Shown: positions 9,861 through 19,947, counted from the stretch's first letter. The stretch: 64,000 bases of DNA from Pseudomonadota bacterium (GCA_021323865.1 JAJPKF010000020.1:257673-321672); one strand, 5' to 3'. The notes: generated from the sequence alone by a model not told the origin. Made by a program: numbers and translations.

Positions 9861-11921
9861 GTGAAACGCCGTATCCTTGCCGTGGCCGCAACCGCAATCC
9901 TCGGTGGCGTGGGTTTCATCCCCGCCGCTGTCAGCGCTTCGACGCCCTCGGTTCGTATGGGCACCGTTCACGGCACATTCTTCGCTGGGAATTCCTCGGG
10001 CAGCTTCCTGACTCCGGGATTCGAGCTGTTCCAGCAAGATTTCAAGGCGATTGACTTCAACCCACCAACGGGCGCCTATGCCGGCGATGTGACAAACGCT
10101 CCTCAGTGTTCCAACAACACGCATGTCAACGAGTCCACACGTCCTTTTACGGATGTGATCCCGCGAGGCAATGGAAGCTGCGCCAAGGTTGTCGCCAAGG
10201 GCAACGGATACAGCGCCGGAAAGAGCCCGGCTGCGTTTGAGGCAAGCTTCCTCAGCGAGCTGAAGGTAAGTGGACCGGGCACTGTGAAGTTTGTTGTATC
10301 GTCCGACGACGGGTTCGTCATGGGTCTTGGTCCCACCGGTTCATCTCAACCCACGCTGGTCGCCGGACCGCAGACCAATCTTCCTCAGGCCACATTTATA
10401 GGCGGATTTCCGACACTGGCGGGAGACAATTCCGGCCACTCTGCCACAACTATCTATCGGATCGCGATCAGCTTTCCCAAGGCCGGCACCTATCCCCTCG
10501 AGTTCGACTATGCGGAAGAGGGAACGCTCGGCTTGGCACTCACCTTCGGAACGGCCGCGGGGAAGCCGCTTGTTTCTTCATTTCCCACTCCGGCAAGAAC
10601 CGTCAAGATGGGCAATGTCACCGGGACGTTCTATGCCAATCCAAGCGGTTCAGATAGCTTTGTCCCCCCGAGCACTAAGGCGCTCTTCTCGACCGTCTTC
10701 CCGGTCATCGACTTCGATCCGCCGGTCGGGGCGCATAGTGGCGATCCCAAGAATGCCCCCAATTGCAGCCCTCCCAGCAAGGTGACAGAGCTGACGGCCC
10801 CCTTCACCGACGTGATCCCACGGTATGCGGGCGGAAAGGTGCACTGTACCCTCCAAGTCGCGGAGGGCAACGGGTATCAGGCGTTTGTGAATCCCGTGGC
10901 CTTTGAGGACACCATGGTGACGTCGATTCAGGTGAACAGTGCCGGAAACCAGGTCTTCAACGTGTCGGCCGATGACGGGTTCGTCCTCGGCTTCGGAAAG
11001 AGTGGTGGCCGCACGCCCACGTTCGTTGCCGGACCACAGAACGGATTCACCGTCGGGGACAAGAGCTTCGCCAGTCACGTGCCCTTGATGTTTGGAGACA
11101 ACACCGGCCACTTTCCAACCCAGATCTACGTGCTGGTGGTGCACTTCCCGGCCGCCGGCACCTACCCGATGGAGATGGATCACGCAGAGAACGGGATTGC
11201 CGCTACGTCGCTCACGTTCGGCCAGGCCCCGAACACGCCCCTGGCTTCGACGGTCGGAGCTGAGATGGGAAGCGTCACCGGTACGTTCTACAAGAACCCC
11301 TCGGGCTCCGGAACATTCCAGCCGCCGTCCTCGAAACCGCTGTTCAGCAAGACATTCGGAGCCATCGACTTCGACACGCCCAAGGGCGTCAAAAAGGGAG
11401 ATCCACCGAACGCTCCGAGCTGTAGCCCCGGGAACTCGGTCAACGAGAAGACGGCGCCCTTCACCGATGTGGTCCCTCATTACGGCAAGGCCAAGACAAC
11501 CTGCACGCTGCAGCCCGCGACAGGGAATGGACATACGATATTCGTCAAGCCGAAGGCATTCGAGGACACGATGGTCGCGTCGCTCCATGTCGACTCCGCG
11601 GGAGATCACACGTTCGCCGTCTCTGCCGACGACGGCTTCGAGGCAGCGTTCGGGTCGAGCCACGGGAAGCGACCGACCTATGTTTCGGGCCCGCGCCGGG
11701 GCTTCAAACATGGGGCGAAGAGCTTTGCCAGTCATCTGCCGCTCATGTTCGGCGACAATGCCTCACATTTGCCGTCCCGGATCAACATCATCGTTGTGCA
11801 CTTCCCCGTAGCCGGAACCTATCCCATGGAGATCGATCACGTGGAGAACGGCATCGGCTACACTGCCCTCACGTTCGGCAGCGCCGCGAATGTGCCCTTC
11901 GCCTCGACCAAGCTGAAGTAG
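9861..11921 (+). CDS. Secreted protein of three tandem PA14-like repeats of about 220 aa
   Basis: GTG start after GGAGA; signal peptide KRRILAVAA...; three copies of MG.V.GTF...PFTDV.P...S(S/A)DDGF...GDN..H...FP.AGTYP.E.D...LTFG. Confidence 0.7.
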   Translation: MKRRILAVAATAILGGVGFIPAAVSASTPSVRMGTVHGTFFAGNSSGSFLTPGFELFQQDFKAIDFNPPTGAYAGDVTNAPQCSNNTHVNESTRPFTDVIPRGNGSCAKVVAKGNGYSAGKSPAAFEASFLSELKVSGPGTVKFVVSSDDGFVMGLGPTGSSQPTLVAGPQTNLPQATFIGGFPTLAGDNSGHSATTIYRIAISFPKAGTYPLEFDYAEEGTLGLALTFGTAAGKPLVSSFPTPARTVKMGNVTGTFYANPSGSDSFVPPSTKALFSTVFPVIDFDPPVGAHSGDPKNAPNCSPPSKVTELTAPFTDVIPRYAGGKVHCTLQVAEGNGYQAFVNPVAFEDTMVTSIQVNSAGNQVFNVSADDGFVLGFGKSGGRTPTFVAGPQNGFTVGDKSFASHVPLMFGDNTGHFPTQIYVLVVHFPAAGTYPMEMDHAENGIAATSLTFGQAPNTPLASTVGAEMGSVTGTFYKNPSGSGTFQPPSSKPLFSKTFGAIDFDTPKGVKKGDPPNAPSCSPGNSVNEKTAPFTDVVPHYGKAKTTCTLQPATGNGHTIFVKPKAFEDTMVASLHVDSAGDHTFAVSADDGFEAAFGSSHGKRPTYVSGPRRGFKHGAKSFASHLPLMFGDNASHLPSRINIIVVHFPVAGTYPMEIDHVENGIGYTALTFGSAANVPFASTKLK

Positions 11922-11931
11922 CGGATGACCA

Positions 11932-11967
11932 CTCCTCGAGCCCAGCCCGCTGGCTGAGCTCGAGGAG
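11932..11967 (+). terminator. Hairpin downstream of the PA14-repeat gene
   Basis: CTCCTCGAGC-CCAGCC / GGCTGA-GCTCGAGGAG inverted repeat directly after the stop codon. Confidence 0.6.
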
Positions 11968-12249
11968 GTGTCTCCCGGCACATGCCCGCCCAGGATCGCG
12001 GCTGCAGGGCCTGGTATGAATGTCGTGGTTCGAAGCAGTTACGAGGGCGACGTCCAGTGGCCTGGCGAGTCTTAGCAGGTCCGCTCGGATGAGGCTCCCA
12101 GCCGGCAGTAGACACCAGAACCGGGACTTGGGGCCATAGCCGGGACTGGCCTGCTGCTTCCGCCTCCTGGAGGAGAATCGTACTGGTCTCGCCGGACCTG
12201 TTCGATGCCGAGCCTCACCGAACGATATCCATGGAATGGAGACGCATCG

Positions 12250-13050
12250 ATGACGGAATTTCACGACCAAGATCTATCAGGCGCCACCTTTGAGCGCGTG
12301 AACCTCACGGATGCAAGGTTTACCAGAGTTGACTTCAGCGGCGCGGTGATACGTGGCAGCCTGCTGGAAGGAGTCCGGCTTCGTGGGGCCGAGCTGATTG
12401 ACGTGGAGATCAGCGCCGAGCTGCAGAACGTGGTCGTGAATGGCGTCAATATCGCGCCGCTCATCGACGCGGAGTTGAATCGGCGGATGCCCGAGCGGGC
12501 GAAGATGCGCCCCGAAAGTCCTGAGGCGTTTCGGGAGGCGTGGGCCATCCTCGAAGGGTTGTGGGCCGGAACCATTGAGCGTGCCCGTACCTTCCCGGAA
12601 GAGACACTGCATCAGAGCGCGAACGGCGAATGGTCCTTCATCCAAACCCTTCGGCACCTGAACTTTGCCACTGCCGCCTGGGTGGAACGGATGGTCCTCG
12701 GCAACCGCTCTCCCTGGCACCCGCTGGACCTCCCCTGGGACGAGGCTCCGGGTTGGGAGGGCATTCCCTGGGACCGGGAGGCTCGACCTTCCCTCGATGA
12801 GGTGCTGGCGGTCCGCGGTCGACGCCAGGCCACAGTGGCCCGGGTCCTCGCTTCCCTGACGCAAGAGCAGCTTGCCTCCGAGGTGACCCGGACAGAGCCC
12901 GGCTGGCCGCAAGTCGAGACCTTTCCGTTCAAGGAGTGTCTCCTCATCGTGATTAACGAGGAGTGGGAGCACCGACTCTATGCGGAACGCGATCTTACCG
13001 TCCTCGAAAAAGAGGCGCCGGAATCGCGGCGCGCATTCCCCACATCCTGA
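12250..13050 (+). CDS. Pentapeptide-repeat plus DinB family protein
   Basis: N-terminal pentapeptides [17 protein letters not shown]; [11 protein letters not shown]; [14 protein letters not shown]. Confidence 0.88.
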   Translation: MTEFHDQDLSGATFERVNLTDARFTRVDFSGAVIRGSLLEGVRLRGAELIDVEISAELQNVVVNGVNIAPLIDAELNRRMPERAKMRPESPEAFREAWAILEGLWAGTIERARTFPEETLHQSANGEWSFIQTLRHLNFATAAWVERMVLGNRSPWHPLDLPWDEAPGWEGIPWDREARPSLDEVLAVRGRRQATVARVLASLTQEQLASEVTRTEPGWPQVETFPFKECLLIVINEEWEHRLYAERDLTVLEKEAPESRRAFPTS

Positions 13051-13058
13051 GCCTGGCG

Positions 13059-13545
13059 ATGGGGCACACGGCCAATGCCGCCGCAGATAAGGTCGACCAA
13101 TCGGTCTCGCATATCGCCGACAGCCATGACTTCATCCGGGTGCAGGGACCACGAGAGAACAACCTCCAAGACGTGAGCATCGACATCCCCAAGCGCCGTC
13201 TGACGGTGTTCACGGGCGTCTCGGGCTTGGGCAAGAGCTCGCTGGTGTTCGATACCATAATCCCAGCGGCTGATCAATGAAACCTACAGCGCGTGCGTGC
13301 AGGGCTTTATGCCGGCGCTGACGCGACCGGATGTCGACGTGCTCGAGGGCCTGACCACCGTCATCAGGGATCAGCAGCGCATGGGGGCTGATCCACGCTC
13401 CACGTCGGGACCGCCACAGACGCGAACGCCATGCTACGTATCCTCTTCAGCCGCTTGGGGCGGCCCCACGTGGGGCCTCCCAATGCCTTCTCCTTCAATA
13501 CCCCCCTCGGTGCGCGCCGTGGGGGCCATCACCGTCGAACGGGGC
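13059..13545 (+). pseudogene. uvrA: Frameshifted, truncated UvrA-like (UvrA2/DrrC type) ABC ATPase
   Basis: [47 protein letters not shown], then in other frames [51 protein letters not shown] and GAITVERG. Only about 160 codons remain, with about three frameshifts. Confidence 0.85.
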
Positions 13546-13675
13546 CATCGCGGCACGGGGTTTCCAATCGGCTCGGGCTCAATGTGCCGCATCGACAGGC
13601 GTACTGCGAATCCCGCAGTCTCGTAACGGTTTCCGTAACGAATCTTGGACGCCACTTCGATAGACTGACGATGAA

Positions 13676-15424
13676 ATGGCGGCAGGACTTCGAGTTTCGC
13701 GGCTTCCGATATTCCGCAAGAGAGCGGGGTCGGAACCCGTCCCGTCCGCGGCTCCCCAAATGTCGGCGAAGTCGGTCATTGAACCGCTCGACATCGCGCC
13801 GAACGATCCGCTGCTGGCCTACTTGGTGTCGTCCCCCGGCGCCGTGGACATCCAGCAGTTGGAGCTGGATTCACCCGCCGTACGGTCGATGAAGGCAGCG
13901 GGCATCAAGCTGGCCGTGCCGCTGGTCTCTCAGGGTGAGCTTATCGGCATGCTGAATCTCGGGCAACGAATGAGTGAACAAGAGTACTCATCCGACGATC
14001 GCGCATTGCTGAACAATCTCGCTGCTCAAGCCACCCCGGCATTGCGAGTGGCCCAGCTGGTTCGCCAGCAACAGGCGGAAGCCAAGGAGCGGCAGCGCAT
14101 CGAACAGGAGCTACAAGTCGCGCGGCTCATCCAGCATACGCTCCTTCCCAAGAACCTCCCACAGGTTGAGGGTTGGCACGTCGCAGCGCACTACCAGCCC
14201 GCACGGGCCGTCGGCGGTGACTTTTACGATTTCATCGAAATGGAGGATGGTCGGCTGGGGCTCGTCGTCGGAGATGTTACGGACAAGGGAGTTCCCGCCG
14301 CACTGGTCATGGCGACCACTCGCAGCGTGCTGCGAGCAGCGGCGGAATCCATGGCCCGCCCGGGCGAGGTCCTGCGACAAGCCAATAACAAGCTGTGTCC
14401 CGACATTCCAGAAAACATGTTCGTCACCTGTCTGTTTGCCCTCCTCGATCCGGTTGAAGGTCGGCTCGTCTACGCCAACGCCGGCCACGACGCGCCCTAT
14501 CAGCGATCCGAGGCGGGCGTGGTCGAGCTGCGAGCTCGCGGTATGCCGCTCGGTCTCATGCCCGATATGGAGTATGAGGAGCTTGAGACCCAGCTGGCTC
14601 CGGGCGATGCCATCCTCTTCTACAGCGATGGGTTGGTTGAAGCACACAACTCAAACCGGGAAATGTTCAGCTTTCCGCGGTTGCGCGAGCTGCTTGCTCG
14701 GCACGTCATGTCGACGCCGGACGAGCTCGTTGACTTCCTGCTCGACAACCTGGCTCGCTTCACCGGACGTGAATGGGATCAGGAAGACGACATCACCTTG
14801 GTCACGCTCCAGCGCGTGCACAATGTCGCTCGCCACACGGCATTTGCCACGAGCATGCTGGAGGAGGTCGAACCGCCTCCGAGCGACGAGACCCAGGCTG
14901 CATATGGCGAGGAGACGCCTGGCACGGACGCAAGCGGCAAGGCGAGTTCCACAGATGCTCCGATGTCTGCCGTTCGACCCGCCGACGACGGGGCGATCTG
15001 GGACAGGATCACAAAGTTCGAAATCGCCAGCCGGCCAGGAAATGAGCGCGTCGCAATTGAGCGAGTGCGCGAGGCGTTAAGAAGCGTCGATCTTCCGGCC
15101 CGAACATGTGAGCGTTTGGAGACGGCGGTAGGCGAGGCGACGATGAATGCCATGGAGCACGGCAACAAGTATCAGTCCGATGTCACCGTCGTCATTTGCG
15201 TCGAGCTTTCTCCCCGAGCGATTCGGATCGGAGTTACAGACCAGGGGGAACCGATCCCCCTCGAGACTGAGGAGCCTGACCTAGAGCTGAAGCTGGCCGG
15301 GATGCAGAGCCCCCGCGGCTGGGGCATGTTTCTCATCAAAAACATGGTGGACGACATGCAGGTGGTGGACGATGCGGTCGGCCATACCCTGCAGCTGACT
15401 GTTCACCGGGAAAGGAGCCACTGA
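13676..15424 (+). CDS. Fusion of a partial GAF domain, SpoIIE/RsbU PP2C phosphatase and RsbW-like ATPase/kinase (alternative start 13760)
   Basis: GAF C-terminal part VPLVSQGELIGMLNLG...LAAQA; coiled coil IEQELQVARLIQ; PP2C motifs VGGDFYD, GDVTDKG, NAGH, YSDGLVE, QEDDIT; kinase motifs GEATMNAMEHG, TDQG, RGWGMFLI. Confidence 0.92.
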   Translation: MAAGLRVSRLPIFRKRAGSEPVPSAAPQMSAKSVIEPLDIAPNDPLLAYLVSSPGAVDIQQLELDSPAVRSMKAAGIKLAVPLVSQGELIGMLNLGQRMSEQEYSSDDRALLNNLAAQATPALRVAQLVRQQQAEAKERQRIEQELQVARLIQHTLLPKNLPQVEGWHVAAHYQPARAVGGDFYDFIEMEDGRLGLVVGDVTDKGVPAALVMATTRSVLRAAAESMARPGEVLRQANNKLCPDIPENMFVTCLFALLDPVEGRLVYANAGHDAPYQRSEAGVVELRARGMPLGLMPDMEYEELETQLAPGDAILFYSDGLVEAHNSNREMFSFPRLRELLARHVMSTPDELVDFLLDNLARFTGREWDQEDDITLVTLQRVHNVARHTAFATSMLEEVEPPPSDETQAAYGEETPGTDASGKASSTDAPMSAVRPADDGAIWDRITKFEIASRPGNERVAIERVREALRSVDLPARTCERLETAVGEATMNAMEHGNKYQSDVTVVICVELSPRAIRIGVTDQGEPIPLETEEPDLELKLAGMQSPRGWGMFLIKNMVDDMQVVDDAVGHTLQLTVHRERSH

Positions 15425-15786
15425 TGGCTAATGAGCCTCTTGAAGTAACGGTTCGCCGGCTCCCGGCCCTGACGGTTCTGGACCTCGAGGGAGAGATCAA
15501 CGGCTTGGCCGAGTCACGACTCAATCACGCTTACGCAGACGCGGAGGGTGCAGGGCCACGGACCGTATTGCTCAATTTTTCGGGCGTGGACTATATCAAC
15601 AGTACCGGCATCGCCCTGATCGTCAGCCTGCTCGGACGCGCACGAGCGAGTGGTCGCGAGCTGCGCGCCTGTGGCCTCAGCGAGCACTATGTCGAGATTT
15701 TCAACATCACCCGGCTGGCCGACTTCATGTCCGTGTTTCCGAATGAGGAAGCAGCAGTCAGTGAGGCTGCTCTGGGCGCCGGATAG
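15424..15786 (+). CDS. STAS anti-sigma-factor antagonist (RsbV/SpoIIAA-like)
   Basis: LNFSGVDYINSTGIALIV with the phospho-acceptor Ser; overlaps the upstream stop codon. Confidence 0.92.
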   Translation: MANEPLEVTVRRLPALTVLDLEGEINGLAESRLNHAYADAEGAGPRTVLLNFSGVDYINSTGIALIVSLLGRARASGRELRACGLSEHYVEIFNITRLADFMSVFPNEEAAVSEAALGAG

Positions 15787-15848
15787 AGGAAGAGGCGCCC
15801 CCGGGATCCGCGTCAGCTACCACACCACTGTGCAAACGAGAGGAAACC

Positions 15849-16193
15849 ATGGACCAAACACAGACGTTCGGCGTCCGGGCAACTGAGGGTGCAGCGGTCA
15901 TCGACATCACCGGCGAACTCAATGCCTCGAGCGACCCCGCACTTTCCGATGCCTATGCCCAGGCGTCCGAGCTGAGCGGGCTGATCCTCCTCAACTTCGC
16001 GGGTCTCGAGTACATGAATAGCTCGGGCATTGGCCTCCTCGTTACGCTGCTCATTCGGGCCAATCGGCAGAAGAAGCGCCTCGCGATCTGCGGCCTGTCT
16101 GACCACTACCGGCATATCTTCCAGATCACGAAGCTCGACGATGCGATGAAGATCTATGAAACCGAAGCGGACGCGTTAGGGAGCGATCGATAG
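15849..16193 (+). CDS. STAS anti-sigma-factor antagonist, second copy
   Basis: LNFAGLEYMNSSGIGLLV; GAGG RBS. Confidence 0.92.
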   Translation: MDQTQTFGVRATEGAAVIDITGELNASSDPALSDAYAQASELSGLILLNFAGLEYMNSSGIGLLVTLLIRANRQKKRLAICGLSDHYRHIFQITKLDDAMKIYETEADALGSDR

Positions 16194-16236
16194 CGGCGTC
16201 CACTGACGGACGCCGAAGACCAAGTGGAGGATAACC

Positions 16237-17013
16237 ATGACCGAAAGCCGAGAGCAAAGAGCCTCGCAGATACCTCGTGACGCGGCCAACTGGGCGACAC
16301 AAACTGATGCCGTCAGGCTGTCGGCGGTCCCAACCGGGGCCCGGAATCTCAACGTAGAAGGGAAGCAGGCAGTCGGTCCACTTCAGGGCTTCGGACCAAT
16401 GTGGCAAAAGACCTACCGTGTCCGTCTCCAGGGAAGCGACGCCACGCCCAAGGATGTCATCGCGGCCTGGAAGGAGAACTTCCCCAAATTCTGGCCGCCG
16501 GGCAACACGTTCTATGCGCCGCTCACCGGCATTGCTCCAGGAGAGGCGGCCTTGATCAACTCCTCACTGCCTGGAGGAATGCCGCTCTCGACGGGGGTGA
16601 TGGTGCTCTACGCGGACGATGAGTCATTCACCCTGATGACCACCCAGGGCCATCCCTTCTCCGGTTGGGTGACCTTCAGCGCGACCGTCGAGTCGGAGGG
16701 AGGTATGACGTGCACCGTGGCCCAAGCGCAGGTGCTGATGCGCGCCAATGACCCACTTTATGCGGTTGGCATGCGGTTCGGCGGCCATAAGCAAGAGGAC
16801 CGCATCTGGGAGTGGACGCTGGCCTCCGTAGCGAAGCACTTCGGCGTCGAAGCGCAGGTCGACACCAATTGCCAGTGTGTCGACCGGAGGCCCCAGTGGA
16901 GGCGGGCGGGAAACATCTGGTACAACGCCGGAATTCGGTCGGGCATGTACGTGATGACGACGCCCGTGCGCTTCGTCGCGCGGCCATTCTCCCGTCCTCG
17001 CACGGGCGCATAG
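16237..17013 (+). CDS. Conserved hypothetical protein (DUF1990/SRPBCC-like fold suspected)
   Basis: GGAGG RBS; motifs GPLQGFGPMWQKTY, WKENFPKFWP and GHPFSGWVTFSA; co-oriented with the STAS genes. Confidence 0.6.
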   Translation: MTESREQRASQIPRDAANWATQTDAVRLSAVPTGARNLNVEGKQAVGPLQGFGPMWQKTYRVRLQGSDATPKDVIAAWKENFPKFWPPGNTFYAPLTGIAPGEAALINSSLPGGMPLSTGVMVLYADDESFTLMTTQGHPFSGWVTFSATVESEGGMTCTVAQAQVLMRANDPLYAVGMRFGGHKQEDRIWEWTLASVAKHFGVEAQVDTNCQCVDRRPQWRRAGNIWYNAGIRSGMYVMTTPVRFVARPFSRPRTGA

Positions 17014-17339
17014 CCCGTCGTCAACCAGAGCTGTCTGGGTTCGTCACCGGGGTGTGCACCAATCGAGAGGGCAAGCGGGGCATGACAAATTGGTAATTCC
17101 CCTCACGTGGTCCAGTTGAGCCCTTCAGACGCTGCGGCTCCGCTCCTCGGGGAGTTCAGGCGCACCACGGACATGACCCCTATTGGAGAATGGCCGCGAC
17201 AGATCCGTCTCGGCCGGCTTTCTCAGCGACTCGGGTCGTTTGTGCGGGAGCCGATGAATCTCCAGCCGGCCTACCGGCGGCTGGTTTCTGAGCCGGGGGT
17301 GCGAGGACTCGGTCGCGCTGCCACAGGAGGCGCATTCCG

Positions 17340-18536
17340 ATGATGGTCAAACCGGCAAACAGGCCACGTCTCTGGGTGCCGGTCTGGTTCATCACTGCCG
17401 CCACCGGAACCGCCGTCTGGATCGCAGGCCCGATCGTGGAGTGGACGCGTCTGCAGACCGTTTGTCACCATGAGTCTCGCTGCTTGAACACGCAGCTCAA
17501 CGTCATGGCCGCGCGGACCCTCACGCAGCACCACGTCTCGCTCGTGGACTACGCGTTGGGTTCGTTCGCCATGCTGGCCCTTCTCTGGGTCCTCTGGTAC
17601 GGGCTTGCGGCCCTCCTGGTGTTCAAACGTCCCGAGGACAGGGGCGCACTGCTGGCGGCCTTCTTCTTGGTCATCTTTCCGATGTGGGAGTACAGCGATC
17701 TCGTGCCCTGGTGGGGATGGCTCGGAGGAGTCTTCGTGGGAGTGCTGCTGCTCTTCGCCCTGATCTTCCCAGACGGGAGATTTCAGCCGCCCTGGACCAA
17801 GTGGCTTGCCGTCGCAGTAGCGTTGTTCTTCGGCCTCAACTTTCTGTCATCGCTCTCCTTCCTGAATGGGCCTCTGGGACTGGTCATGTTCGTTGGTCTG
17901 GTTGCGCTGGTGGTCGTCGCCCAGGTGCACCGGTTTCGGACCGTGTCGTCCTGGTCCGAGCGTCAGAGAACGAAGTGGGCCGTGTTGGGTCTGACAGCGG
18001 CCGTTGCCGGGGTGATGACCACCTGGCTCCTCGGCTCAATCCTGCCAATCCCAACCGGATCCGGCTCGATCTTCAGCGCTGTCGACAACCAGGTGGGCAC
18101 CGCTATGGTGATGTCGGTCATCCCAGTCTCGATGGCCGTGGCCGTCCTCCGGAACCGATTGTGGGACATTGACCGAGTCATGAGTCGGGCTCTGGCCTAT
18201 GCCGTCCTGACAGCCGTGGTCATCGGCGTCTACGTCGGGAGCGTGGTCGGGCTTCAGTCTCTCTTGGCGCTCTTCGCTCACAACGGCTCGCCCGTCGCCA
18301 TCGGGCTCTCGACTCTCGCCATCGTCGCCCTGTTTGGCCCGCTGCACAGGCGGATCCAGCGCACCGTCGAGCGAAGGTTCTACCGGGCCCGCTACGACGC
18401 GGCTCGTACGGTGGCTGCTTTCGGGGAGCGCCTTCGAGACCAAGTTGATCTTGAACAGCTTAGTCACGGCCTGACCGGTGTTGTCCGGGACACTCTTCAT
18501 CCCGAGCATGTGTCGCTTTGGCTGCGCCAGACGTGA
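17340..18536 (+). CDS. Array paralog 1: multi-pass membrane sensor-like protein ending in a GAF N-terminal fragment
   Basis: GGAGG RBS; C-x5-C loop, FPDGRF, RQRTKW, LWDIDR, RRFYRARYDAART...LRDQVDL...LHPEHVSLWLR. Confidence 0.85.
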   Translation: MMVKPANRPRLWVPVWFITAATGTAVWIAGPIVEWTRLQTVCHHESRCLNTQLNVMAARTLTQHHVSLVDYALGSFAMLALLWVLWYGLAALLVFKRPEDRGALLAAFFLVIFPMWEYSDLVPWWGWLGGVFVGVLLLFALIFPDGRFQPPWTKWLAVAVALFFGLNFLSSLSFLNGPLGLVMFVGLVALVVVAQVHRFRTVSSWSERQRTKWAVLGLTAAVAGVMTTWLLGSILPIPTGSGSIFSAVDNQVGTAMVMSVIPVSMAVAVLRNRLWDIDRVMSRALAYAVLTAVVIGVYVGSVVGLQSLLALFAHNGSPVAIGLSTLAIVALFGPLHRRIQRTVERRFYRARYDAARTVAAFGERLRDQVDLEQLSHGLTGVVRDTLHPEHVSLWLRQT

Positions 18537-18678
18537 CAAGGATGACGGGCTGGCGAAAACGTTTCCCAGCCCCCGCCACTTGGGAAACGGTCGCCGCGGA
18601 CATTTTGGGCGTGTGGACCGACCCCTTCGGCGCCGGCGCCTTTTGGCCTGAGCAGTTCTCTCCCTTGATCCGTACCCG

Positions 18679-19923
18679 ATGAGCACTCGGAGCGTATCGA
18701 CTGCTGACCTGTCGCCGCGGACGGCTCGAATCGCCCAGATTGTGTGCCTTGTGTTGATCGCCGGAGGGGTCGCCCTGCTCGTGGCTGCCCTCGTCTGGAT
18801 GTGGCCTGGCATGGTCCACCCATGCGCACGGCTTACGACGTGTCAGCAATACCAGCTTGACTCGGCATCGGCCCAATTCCTGAGCCGGCACGACATCAGC
18901 CTCAGCGCTTATGCAACCGGCCTTGCCTTCCTCCTGATCCTCACCACGCTCGTATGGTACGCGCTGGCGGCTTTGATCCTCTGGAAGCGGCCCGGAGACC
19001 GGGGCGCAATCGTGGCGGCCTTTTTCCTTGCCCTGTTTCCTCAGCTCCCGCTTGGCACAATTACCAACTGGGATGCTGGAGCCGACGCCTCTATTGGGCT
19101 GGTAGCGCTGATCATCTTCGGTCTCCTGTTTCCGGACGGTCACTTCAAGCCCCGATGGACCCGGTGGTGGGCACTCGGGGTCTTCGTCATGCTTGTGGCC
19201 ATTTCATTTACTCCAGGTTCCAGCAGCGGGAACGGGAACTTCCTGTGGGTCGTCCCCGTCCTTGTGCTTCCCGCCGCCGTGGTCGGGACGCAGATTTACC
19301 GGTATCGCAAGTTGTCGACGTGGTCTGAGCGTCAACGCTCGAAGTGGGCGTTCTTCGGCATTATTTCAGGGATTCTGGGTATCATCCTCGTCTTTGTTAC
19401 CGGCACGATCACCCAGCCTTCGACCACGGCCGGAATGGGCGGCGGCGACCTGTCGGGACTCTGGGTCAGCGCCGGAATCGTTATCTTTCCGCTCGCCATT
19501 CCCGTCTCGATCACCATCGCGCTGCTTCGGAGCAACCTATGGGACATTGACCACATCATCAGTCGGGCTCTGGCCTACGCCGTCTTGAGCGCGGTCATCG
19601 TGGGGGCGTACATCGGTGGCGTTGTCGGCCTCCAGTCCCTCTTCGCGCTGTTCGCCCACAACGGCTCGCCGGCGGCCATCGCCCTATCGACGCTCGCAAT
19701 CGTGGCACTCTTCGGCCCAATGCTCAGACGCATCCAGCGCATTGTGGACCGAAGGTTCTATCGGAGCCGGTATGACGCCGCCCGCACGGTTGCCACCTTC
19801 GGCGAGCGGCTGCGTGACCAGGTCGATCTGGGCCAGCTTTCCTCCGGCTTGACCGCCGTTGTCCATGAGGCCCTTCATCCGGAGCATGTATCGTTGTGGC
19901 TCCGAGAGATGAGGGAAGGGTGA
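18679..19923 (+). CDS. Array paralog 2
   Basis: Same motifs as paralog 1; ends LHPEHVSLWLREMREG. Confidence 0.85.
   Translation: MSTRSVSTADLSPRTARIAQIVCLVLIAGGVALLVAALVWMWPGMVHPCARLTTCQQYQLDSASAQFLSRHDISLSAYATGLAFLLILTTLVWYALAALILWKRPGDRGAIVAAFFLALFPQLPLGTITNWDAGADASIGLVALIIFGLLFPDGHFKPRWTRWWALGVFVMLVAISFTPGSSSGNGNFLWVVPVLVLPAAVVGTQIYRYRKLSTWSERQRSKWAFFGIISGILGIILVFVTGTITQPSTTAGMGGGDLSGLWVSAGIVIFPLAIPVSITIALLRSNLWDIDHIISRALAYAVLSAVIVGAYIGGVVGLQSLFALFAHNGSPAAIALSTLAIVALFGPMLRRIQRIVDRRFYRSRYDAARTVATFGERLRDQVDLGQLSSGLTAVVHEALHPEHVSLWLREMREG
19547..19647 (+). repeat. 101-bp exact repeat, copy 1 (copy 2 at 20743-20843)
   Basis: TTGACCACATCATCAGTCGGGCTCTGG...CTCTTCGCG is identical in paralogs 2 and 3. 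Confidence 0.9.
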
Positions 19924-19947
19924 CGGACAGGCAGAAGATATTCGCAC
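19792..19947 (+). repeat. 156-bp near-exact repeat, copy 1 (copy 2 at 22151-22306)
   Basis: 4 mismatches by manual comparison; spans the end of paralog 2 and the start of paralog 3. Confidence 0.9.

Noticed and set aside
10650-11735. 361-aa minus-strand ORF
   Set aside because: Antisense shadow of the PA14-repeat gene.
18560-18589. CGTTTCCCA...TGGGAAACG hairpin between paralogs 1 and 2
   Set aside because: Only a 9-bp stem with no U-tract. It could be an mRNA processing or stability element but cannot be supported from sequence alone.
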